Shown here in pieces: positions 25,783 through 36,249 of a DNA stretch of 64,000 nucleotides; the first letter of the stretch is position 1, and each line of letters opens with the position of its first letter. The notes beneath the pieces were generated by a model, which saw nothing but the letters and a program-made list of their open reading frames with translations, ran no database searches and had not been told where the DNA came from. This DNA comes from Cladosporium halotolerans (taxonomy: Eukaryota), in NCBI RefSeq assembly GCF_011745625.1, contig NW_027191463.1, positions 186,001 through 250,000 on the forward strand. The letters are read 5' to 3'. The position numbers and the translations under genes are program-made.

Positions 25783-28455
25783 TCGTGGAAGCATCTTTGG
25801 TGAGAACTTAATTGTCTTACAAAGAGATTGACTGAGTGAACCAAGTCCTGGACGCTCAAATCATCAAACACACTGATAGATGCACGAAGAGTGCTGTCGG
25901 GAGTGCGACGCGATACGTTTGTGTCAAAGCTGACGTGCCAGCGCAACGCGCGAAGCCGCCGGGCCAAGCCGAAGCTTGCATCCTTACTGGTCTGCTCTAT
26001 ATAAGTTTAAATTTCGTCTGCGCTGAAGTTGTGCGAGCGAACGAACGTTTTATGAGCAAAGCGGCGATCATGAGCATGAAAGTTGCTAGGACTGTTAGAT
26101 GCTCAATGAGTCTACATTACCATGAGATCTTCTCATCTACTACAAGGATGCCAGCAAGCTGATCTTTACATGAATTTGCAAGAGATGCTGCCGCTCACAA
26201 CAGCATATACACATGTAACACGCTTCCACAATTCGAATAAAGGTTTTCTGAAGCTCGTCCATCTGTTTTCGCTTTGAATGCATTTCTTTGTCTTCCATGT
26301 GATCAGCAAAGTTCAAATCTGATGGAGTGTCTGCATCAAAATTGCTTTTGCATTGCTATACTGCGTACAATCGTCCATTCCAGATCTACAAGGCAATCGA
26401 AGTCTATAATAATGATGAATTCCGGCTTCGACAAGCTCTTGACAGGTCACAACACATTTATCTTGACATCTTTCCACGTCTTCCACTGGCCGCAATGAGT
26501 CTACGTGCTAGTCTTGCCTCTAAGTCATTTTTGTCTCGTTAAAGCGACTGGCTGAAAGCTGCATACACACAAATTCGCGATTGCGTCTACTGTTCTTGCA
26601 ACCTACCTCGCCCTTTACTCGGCGACTTCAATTACTGTGACCATGTTCGCGCTTCAACTGTTCTATTTTTGCTCGCAGCGACCATCAAACCGTGATCAGC
26701 CCGCTCTTCCGTTTCACGTATATCCCTGTTGATCCTCGTCGTCTTCTTAACCATCCTCAAGATTTACAATGGGATGCGCGCATAATGCAGTAGATTCGAG
26801 ATATGCGACCCGCAGAATTGGTTCGTCTGCTCGCCACGTGTAGCTTTTGATCACTCGCAGGTCCAACAACAGTCGTAACAAGTCACAGTATGTGTTCTCT
26901 TTGAAAGTCAGTAGCAGGGTCCAAAAACGATCCCAAGTTCTTTGACATTTCTCAGTATTTGTGTCTTATCTTTGGAAAAGCACGACATTCTCTTATCTTG
27001 ACGTAGTCGCTAGCCTGTCAGATCTGTGACTTACACACTCTTTGCGACATCCGGATCCTTGCTCATTCATGTACCCAATCGATTCCGCGGAAGGAGGCGT
27101 CCATTTTTCAACGCGCCTTCCATTGACACAGTCATTTCACTTAATCTCCCGCCCGGATGAATTCCCTTTGGCGTGGCGATAGACATTTTTTCGAATCTAG
27201 ATCTTGCAATCCTAGACATGTTGTTCCAGCCGAAACCGTGAACACAGAGATGCCGATCTCTGCATGACTGAAAGATCAAGCGTGACCAGCTTGAAATGTG
27301 ATGGTAGCGTCGTGCTTCCCTGGATATTTCGAGACGCTGGGATCAAAGCTTTGTATAGGCTTCTCTTGCATTGAAATGGCTCTTGTCATCTTCTATGGAT
27401 CAACGCGCATGGTCATTAGCCTGAGAGGCACAGAGAGATGCAATTATAGCTGCTGGGAGGAAGCTCCTAGGCAGAAGTCGACGTGCTACCAAGGCATGTA
27501 GTCTTTGCGACCTGATTCAGGTTCGAGTACGAGGATCGACGTTCAATAGGATCTGTCCACAGACAATTGTGTTGCTGTCATCTCCTATGGGCTATGGAGA
27601 TTGTTCTGGGTCGAAGAGAGCCCCGGAAGTATGGCGGCACAGACTTTCAATAACAAGAGATGGCAGAAAGATATGAAAGCGGAAACGTCACAAGATGGGA
27701 GAAGAGCGATGGCGGAAAGCGCCGATAGAGAGAGGCCGGAAGTAGCTCAGGCTTGTCCGACTGCTTCGGCGACAGTAAACGACAATGCCATTTGTTGAAC
27801 CACACGTAAAGCTGCTGCATTTTAAACCGAACAGCGTGTGTCGGGCTGCCCTCGAAATTGCCCTGTCCGGAATTACCGGCCGTGTAGCTATCAGCGTTCA
27901 AGGGAACGCATTTGTTCGTCGTCTGCATGGAAACGGAATCAACGGAATGTAGGTTGCCTTCAGCGATCGCGTGACTCTCCGTTCGCGGCGGCATGGGCTC
28001 CGACCTCGCGATATCACGCGAGATTAAGGTTGCGGCACGAGGCAGCGGCGAAGAATCATGACGTACGATCGCTCGCGTTCCAAGCGAAACGACAACAGGT
28101 TGCGGTGCATTCGTTACGCGATCTGGCACGTCAATTGCCAGACGCTTCTCCGCAGATTCCACGCAGATCCACCCGGTATGCACGACGACGATTTTCGAGC
28201 GCTACGAGACGTCGGCCCAGCCGTGCACGCGAGTGGCTCCTGGCCGGCGCGGGACTATGGAAGGCTAGAGGGCGGAGGTGGAGCCTGCTAGGAAAATTCG
28301 TTTCCACTTCTTTCCCGGACCCTGACGTACATCCCGGGGAGGCGACAAGGGCCTGCGCGGTGGGATGGAGGGAGGGAATCTTTCATCATTGTTGTCTGGC
28401 CCTCTGATATCAGGTCCTCCCCTCTCTCATTCTTCCTCCCAGCAATCACGACGTT

Positions 28456-29653
28456 ATGACATACCCGGACCTGTGGAACGACTTTTCTTTTGTGCGCTCG
28501 CGGAAGAGGAGACGGAGCGCATACGGCGATGTGCCGCAGTTCAATGATTTGACGTCGCAATATCCTATTCTTCTTTCCCTGGCGGAAAATCTTTCGATTC
28601 TTGACCTTGTCAACCTCGGACTGGCTTCGAAGACAACGTGGACCCACCTGTCGGCATCCAAGAGACCGTTGCGATTAAGAGGAGGCGTTGCGAAGACCGC
28701 TCTCAAATGCGAGGGCTTGCACATCCAGCCGCGACCGCAGAGTCCACACCAGGGCACTCCATATGTGCTCCCATGCGCGAGTTCGCAAATGGTGCCAGTG
28801 AGACGATGCGAAGGCTGCGGTGTGGCGGTGTGTGAGGTAAGCCGATTGAAACCAAACAACATCAAGAAGATCTTTCAACTAACCTTCCGTCCACCAGGTT
28901 TGCCGCTTCAACCCAACCCGCGGAGCAATGCTCACCTACACTCACAAACGCCGCTGGTTCTTCCCCTCGCGATCCTCCTCCCGCCCCGACACTGTGACTT
29001 CCAACATCGAAACAATGCTCGACAGCATGGTGCGCCGCGGCCGCATAGCCCGGCGCAACAGCAACGCCGCCGTCCTCACGACTGAGCAGCTCTTCACCCA
29101 CCTCAACCAGCTCTCCGACAACTCCTGCACCTGCACCGTCGAATCGCGCTGGCTCGACCCCTGGCTCTGCGTCCCCTGCCTCAACCACGACATCTTCCGC
29201 GCGCCCACGCACGAGGCGTACTACGCCCAGCGCCGGCGCTCGTCGCTCGCAATGGCCTGCCAGCAGGGCAACGACATCGGGCCCATGTCCAGCTTACTGG
29301 GGTCTGACGCCGCTGCCGCAAGAGATCTCTCGCGACGACTCAGGTCGATGGAGCAATGTAGTCTGTGCCACAAGCGCCTGTCGCGCCGCGATCCGGCGGC
29401 ACGCAGTGGCCGATGCCTGCCGCCTTTGGAGGAGTCGCGGCGGCGGGATCAGTTGCATTCGGCGGCCAAGAGGCTGCAGTGTCAGCGCAATCCGTCGGTC
29501 GTCGTTTTACGGACGCCGGCGAAGTCGGGAAGGAGAGGGAGTTGGCCGAAGAGGAGGGATTTGAAGAGCTGTGGTCAGGAGGCGGTTCCTCAGAAAAGCA
29601 TGGGTGACATGGCGAGGCGGAGGGCGTCGGAGTTTGCGGTTTTTGACGATTGA
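28456..29653 (+). CDS. F-box-like, Cys-rich hypothetical protein; 1 intron
   Basis: YPILLSLAENLSILDLVNLGLASKTTW is an F-box-like segment, followed by CEGCGVAVCE|VCR, CTC...WLCVPC and CSLC. Intron 28837-28897 (GTAAGC...CTAAC...CAG) joins ORFs 28456.. and 28928..29653. Confidence 0.72.
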
Positions 29654-29908
29654 TTGATTGATTGATGATTTTTGGGGTGAGAGCATGTGCATTTCTCTTC
29701 TTGAATGATTCTTTAAATCCTGCGCATACACATACACGCACATATACACATACCCTGGGATATCGGATTGCTAGAGCGACGGGAGCGCCATACAAACCCT
29801 CACATCGTCGATACATCGAATTTCCTTCCTCAATGTCAAGCAAACACGACAATTCGGATTCAACGAAACCTCGTTCTACCGACCGAAGACCCACCTGCAT
29901 CTCCAGAT

Positions 29909-30975
29909 AAAATAGACTGCACGCCTAAGTCTGAGCCCCATCGCCTCGCTGCTCATGGCTTGCGTCGAAACAGGACAACAGGTAAGGCGACCAGTCCTGC
30001 GATCCTTCGTGGGGCTCAGCGCTGGCAGGTCGTTCAGGTGTCCGTATCCATCGCCCCACAGGGTGAGGCTGTGAGGAGCTGAGCCCAGGGATCCTTGCCC
30101 TTGCCCTTGGCCTTCCTTCCTTCCAGTTTACGGCCGATAATCTCAAATTGGATCTCTGAGACTCATCCTCGCACAGCCCCGTGGGGTTAGGGCATTGCGG
30201 TGAGCGGATCGATTGAAACAGCGGGCTTGTCCTGGTTGATGGTGCTGCGCCCACCGAGACGGCGTGGCCGGCGATTCCTACGACAGGGTTAGCACGGAGA
30301 TAGTAGCAGCGTAGACCGTTCTCATCGCCATCGTAGCCAGCCAGCTGAGCCCGCTCCGCGTGGGTGTCTCAATCCGAAGCCATCAAACCCACGAACAGCA
30401 GGAGCCACAGAGCAACCGCTCAGCTCCCTCTCGCTCAAACGTCCCTCCGGCCTCCACCTCCAAGAGAAGAGAGTGATGACGGGCTCAAAGCTTATCCGCA
30501 AACAAGCTCCCACTTCTGCGCCGGTGACAGTAAGGCTTGACTGCTGGGCCAAAGCGGCAGATCCGGCTGCGGTGGGCGCGTGGGTTTGTGCGACTGTAAG
30601 CCGGGGGGTGTTCCAAGACGATGTAGTCGCAAGTCACTTCGTCGCCTGGTACTTACGGACTCGCATGCAGGGCAAAGCAGAGGGAGTATGCCTATCGCTC
30701 TGTCGCGACTTCTTCTAGAGTCAGAAGCAAGTAAGCACCGACAGACTCGCAACCGCGCGTGGCTTGCTCGCTCGCTCGCTGGGCCATCCACTCGTTCGGC
30801 CGGACACGCAGAAAAGAGTGCCGTGCGCGTGTAACAGGCCGGGAGCCGTCCGTGCCGGTCGGTTGTTCTAGATAGGGCGGCGTGCTGACATATGACAGGT
30901 ACTAGTTGGCGCCGCGCCCTATGTGGCACCGGATATAGCGATAGGGACTTTCTGTCAAGTAGCACGCGCAGTGTC
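29909..30975 (-). ncRNA. Candidate large structured non-coding RNA, identity unresolved
   Basis: A terminal helix pairs the two ends, and many internal hairpins have G-U pairs that work only on the minus strand. There is a cUUCGg tetraloop and no credible protein ORF (details in findings). Confidence 0.5.
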
Positions 30976-31858
30976 AGCCGGTCGGTAGATGCCGGAGTGA
31001 AGACGCATGGAAGAATGTGTGGCGGGCTACATGTAACGTCCTGTACTGTTCCTAGCGTCGAACAGAGGCTCGGGAGGAGAGGCGGTCTGGGTAGGGCTGC
31101 AGGTTGGGCTGGATTTGTCAGACTGTGGCCACGTGGGAATGATGACATGCATGGACTGTTGGTGGTGTTTGTTGTTGCGAGCGAGTTGTTTCAGACGGGT
31201 GCTGACCGGGTAGGGCGGCGTGGGCGGGAATGTGGGAGGGTGTGGGCAATGGGGTCGAGGGCGAGAGACTGCTGGGATGTGTTGGTCGGATTTGGAATTG
31301 CGACAGCGATGAGGTTGACGTTTTGTGCAGAGCACCCGTGACGGCATGTGACGGATAGTTGTTGGCCAGGGTTGTTCATTGCAGGTGTCCAGAGATGGCG
31401 GTGAGAATGTGAGAATGCTTACTAAGTCGCATATCAAGCCACCAGCTGCCAAGCATACCATTCGTTCAATCGGGAAAGCAGTATTTGGATGCGGAATGAC
31501 GTGGCTGGACGTAAATTGAGCCAACAGCGATATTACCACGTAGTGATGTCAAAGATAATTCAGCCCTTCAGAAATTAGATTGCGCGATCAAAGCATAGAG
31601 CGGCAGTGTGCATTGTTGAAGCCATGATCACTTCGCTGTCTGCGTGAAGACGTTGGCTGCATATTGACGCTGAGCCCCCGCGTCGCAAGCGGAATAGGAA
31701 GGCACGCAAAGCCGGAAGTGAACGGAAATCCGCTGCCAAACTTCCCAGCTCATTTCTCGGTCGATTCTGGCCGAGAAAAATCGAGAAAAATCACGGCTTG
31801 ATTAACGCAGCGTTGTTATTGCGCTGAGACCCTCCTCTTCTCATCAATCAGTACCCTT

Positions 31859-31983
31859 GCCGGGGTAGCTCAATCGGTAGAGCGTGTGGCTCTTATGTGA
31901 CCACCATCTACCGTGACATGGTAGTTGGTATCATGATACAGAGATCAACCTCAAGGTCGTGGGTTCGAGCCCCACCTTCGGCT
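31859..31983 (+). tRNA. tRNA-Lys(CTT) with a 52-nt intron
   Basis: Acceptor stem GCCGGGG/CTTCGGC, D arm GCTCAATCGGTAGAGC, anticodon CTT at 31892-31894, intron 31896-31947 after base 37, T arm GTGGG-TTCGAGC-CCCAC and a downstream T-run at about 32009-32018. Confidence 0.93.
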
Positions 31984-34900
31984 ATTCCTATCATCAGAAG
32001 ATCTGACCTTTCTTTTTTGTCTTTCTGAGACGTGTTGGTGACTTTTTGGTCTCTGGGATCGCCACTGGACAGGTAGGCATGGCTCCAGAACGACTTGGCC
32101 TTTCCTCATCATCACTAAACCCTTGTCGTCCCGTCTCCACAAACCCCCCTCAACACCTGATAGGAGCGCTCGTAGATCCCGCTGGCGGCTGGCGCGGCTG
32201 GCTACTTTTTCAGCTGAGGAAGCCTGGTGGGGCTCTGGGCGCTGCCCGCGTTCGCTGTAACACGTCGTGTTATGCATGTCCAGGCTGTTCTGGCCAGGCG
32301 AGCGAGGCAGAGGTGCGTTGTCGGGGCCGCGAGTGTTGCCTGTTCTGGAGGCATGTCGCGGAGATAATACCGGCCGGCGGCGAGGCTGTGTTGCTTGCGG
32401 CTGCGGAATGTGGAGGACCTCATCGTTGATTGATTTCACGTATGCACGTCGTTTATCAGGCGCGGGTATTTGAGTTTCGTTCGTATATGTATGGATGTAT
32501 TTATGATGATGGGGAGAGCGGTCAAGAAGCGATGCTGCACGCAGCCGTATTGCGCCAACAGACGGGGCCCGCACGCACGCGGCAATTCCAGTCGTGACAT
32601 GTTACGTGTGAGGTAAGGTGACGGTGGCAGGGGCTAAAGGGAGAGGACGGCGATGCCGATCCTTGAGCGTGGTTCTGGACGAACACTGTTCTTTACGGCC
32701 GATAGGCGCTGTCAGGCCACCGACTGATGCTTCATTGTGAGAGAGCTTCGGCGAGGGAGCACGTGGCTTTGAGGCTGGTGAGCAAGTATTCGTCTCAGGT
32801 GTCTACGTAGTCGTTCCTTCAGAGCCGCGGGGTGATAGATACTCCGGTAGTCCGTCCATGGAATGAATACCTTGCGATCCTTCGAAGTGTAATGTCAGTC
32901 GCCGTTTGACTGTTTGCCGATTATGGTGCTTCTTTGTCATCAGAAAATCCGTCAACTCGGTTTTGACTCTAGTCCGATCGCGAGGATGATGTGTCAAGCG
33001 AGGCCAAGAATGACTAATGTGGTTGTTTGTGATATCTGTAGATTGCTGGACAAGACCTGCTTGGTGCGCTACACTGCGGCTGAAGAGTGATGGGGTGGAG
33101 CCATCCGGGGGAGGGCTCCGCGAGACGCTACACCAAGGCACAGCCAGCCAGGCGCGGAATTTGCCTGGCGAACGCGAGCGACTGCGGTCCATCCCACCAG
33201 ACCTGGCATACCGGGCGGCCAGCAGCCAGCTGCACGAATCCTCGGGAAAGTCAAATGGCCCGCTCGCGCGGTGTCGCGATTTGGCACATTCCGCAACAGG
33301 CGCAAGCGGGGCGACGATTCCTTCGCTCGCTGGCGGGCTCGCTCTCGCTGCCAATGGGCCAAGGTGCGCATTCGCTCGCCCTGTCGTGGCACGTCGCGGG
33401 CGGGGAGCGGCCACGGCCATGGCCACGGACGAGTCTCTCGCTGCTCCGCCGACACAGGCACACGGCCCCCCATCCCCATCCCTACGCACCCACGTGTCGG
33501 CGGCGACGAGATGAGCACCTTGTCCAGCATACGGTGCTGACTGACCCCGTCCTCACGGCTTGCGTAAGGCTGGAATGGCTGCCTAGCCCATGTGCGAGCG
33601 TTGTGCTACGACACGGCCAGTGAGACGCTTATCCTTCCTCTGCGCCCGCTCAGGCGATCGACCGCTAGGCCGAATGCGCGCGCCCTGCTAAACTTAGACC
33701 GATGACCAAGACGGTGCACATGCAGCGACACACAGTCGCCGCGACACGCCCTGCTGCTCCTCTACTCGGGTGGCCGTAGGGCTGATAGGCTGGCACGCGG
33801 TGCCTCGCGCAGGCCTGGCATGTGCGCGTGGCCGGCGTGGGACAGTCGGTGAGGGCGCGGTGGTGTGCAGCTATCGGCAGGCCATCTGATAGGACTGGCG
33901 AGGCTCTGCTGCCTGCGAAGACGCAGTTATGCGCCCGCCGCGGCTTTCCCCGCTGCCTATACCGAGCGGTGCACAATTCATGAGACGACGCGACGGCGGC
34001 GGGCCGCGTGCCTGTCGACAGAACTCACAGCACTGCCAGCGGGTCACGCAAGTGGTCGTGGCGCGCCCTACCATCACCACTTCAGTCCTGGACGTTGGAG
34101 GTGGCTGCCCGAAATACCAACAAGGTTGCGACCAGTCGTACTCGTACCGTCGGAAGCCATCCGAAAGCCGACGCCGTATCTGGCCCAGTCCAGTACTCGC
34201 TAGCACATGAGCGCTTTCGCCATGCGAACAATGAGTGATCAAGCGTCTGCGGCGGGCGTCGAGCGTGTGCCGGATTATTCACCACTATCGCCGCGGACGA
34301 CCGCGTCACCGCGGCGGCAAGCGGCGATAGAGCACTGTGAGGCAGGCTGGGCAGCCTACCTTACACCCTCCGTCCGGACGTGCTATCGCCCCGCCTGCGT
34401 CCGGACGGCCGCGGGAATGCCGATGCCTGGCGACACGGTGGACGGTGGACGGTGGACGGTGGCTCTGCACAGCTCGCTGGTTTGCTTCCGCAAGTGACGG
34501 CGGCACGCTCTGCGCTCTGCCGGCGGCCGTGTCAGCGATCCACGCATCGCGCTCGAGCAGCACCAGAATACCAACACATGAAACCGAAACCAACCGCCGG
34601 CACGTTATTCTGGGCAGGCTTTGCGACGCGTTCAGCCTTGCGAGTGAGGCGGGGTAGGGATGTACCGCGCCCAGCTCGCCTGAGCCCACCGCCAGACGCA
34701 GCCCGCCCATGGCGTGAGGGCTGCAGGATGCGCCTGCGCACGCCTGCTAACCAAGGGTCCAAGGCGTCCACAATCGGGCTGGCTGGCGGGCTGGCGGGCG
34801 GCCGTGACGGCCGGGCGAGGTGCTGCGCAGCAGCGACTCTTGTCCACGCCGGCGCGCGGACAGGCCGTATACGGCGTTGCAGGGGTGGCTGGCATGCGGA

Positions 34901-35150
34901 GGGCGTTCGCTGCGACACATGGCTCCCGGCCCACTGTGCAGGGATGCCGTTCCGCCCGGGCCCTACTCTTCAGGTCGCTGTGGATGTGACCTGAGCAATT
35001 GGCTGACTTGATATAGAGCTGGCGAGGCCCCGAGGCCACTACTTCTTCCGTGTCGTATCCCTCGCCAGCCTTGTCTCTGACACTCCAGCACAAGACACCG
35101 TCTCATACTACCGGTCTTGTAATATCAACATAACGTTCAACACGGTCAAC

Positions 35151-36249
35151 ATGTACGATCGACCGGCGATGTCTCGCCATGCGACCTACTCGTACCCACC
35201 ACAGTACTCTACTCAGCCCGACCTTTCGAAACAGTATCCCACAGTCCACAGCACTAGCAGCGCTTTCAGTGCAAGTGCCAATCCCAACGAGGACTGGACG
35301 AAGATCTCTGATCTTGCCGAGCGTAGGCGGATACAGAATCGGATCGCTCAACGCAACTACCGTGAGTACTGGACAGCCATGCCATAGCGTGCTCACTCCC
35401 CTAACACCATCGCAGGCAAGAAGCTGAAGAAGCGTCTGGAAGACCTGGAACGCCGCGCCGGATCCAGCTCAGCGTCTCCTGAACAACGCCCTGTCGAGCT
35501 CGCACGAACAGATTCCGTTGCATCCATTCGCGCGCCTCCAGTCAACTCGTCAAGGCCTCGATCAACGAGCAGTCACATGCGTCGCGATCAAACTCCCGAA
35601 GTGCTAGCACAACAATACGTCCTCCCATCCTCAGAAGACCGAGGCATGTTCTCTCAACAGTACACGCGCCAGCTCTCAACATCCCCGCCTCCCTTCTCCT
35701 ACGCCTCTCTCGCAACCAGCGAAAGCGGCGCAACATACGCAACCTACTCCCAGTCGAACGCATACTGCAACATGCAGCCGACGATGGACATCCCCCTCTA
35801 CCACTCCTACATGCAGCCGCTGCACCAAGCCTACGCCAACGGCATCGCGACCCCGCCCATCAAGCAAGAGTTCTACGCCGATGAGGAAATCAACCCCTTC
35901 TCCATGAGCTACGCCTCCATCGCTGGCGTCGACGTCAGCACCACCGCCGGCCCGTCCTACCACGACGTCGCGGCCGCTGCCTATGTGAGTAACACCACCG
36001 CCGCCGCCGCCGCCGCCCGCCCGCCCGTCTCGTACGCGAGGAGCTATAGCTACCCGCACTGAAACCGGGCGCGAGGCGAACGACTTCGGCGATTTCCGCA
36101 AAAGGGACAACAGGGCTGATCTCGCTCGCCAGACGCCCTCGCTGTCGGACTCGCTCGAGCACCGCTCGCCGCCGGACCACACGGCCTACCCGCGCACGCC
36201 GGCCTCCATGCCGCGGACCCCGCCGCTGCACTTCTACGAGCGGGCTTGA
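35151..36249 (+). CDS. bZIP transcription factor; 2 introns (second may be retained)
   Basis: SSAFSASANPNEDWTKISDLAERRRIQNRIAQRNYR|KKLKKRLEDLERRAG basic region and zipper. Introns 35362-35415 and 35985-36132. Last exon TPSLSDS...YPRTPASMPRTP...ERA*. Confidence 0.9.

Noticed and set aside
27632..28407. Short ORFs upstream of the F-box-like gene
   Set aside because: No consistent exon chain or recognisable domain could be built.
29925..30666. Spliced minus-strand ORF (ATG at about 30666, GTAAGT donor 30656, GCTAAC...TAG acceptor about 30278) giving ~120 aa
   Set aside because: The peptide has no protein-like features, and the apparent splice signals lie within predicted RNA stems. It cannot be fully excluded without RNA-seq.
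32803..35093. Many overlapping 100-230 aa ORFs on both strands upstream of the bZIP gene, and similarly at 36.3-39.3 kb
   Set aside because: Arg/Ala/Pro/Gly-rich translations typical of GC-rich non-coding DNA, with no motifs or codon bias.
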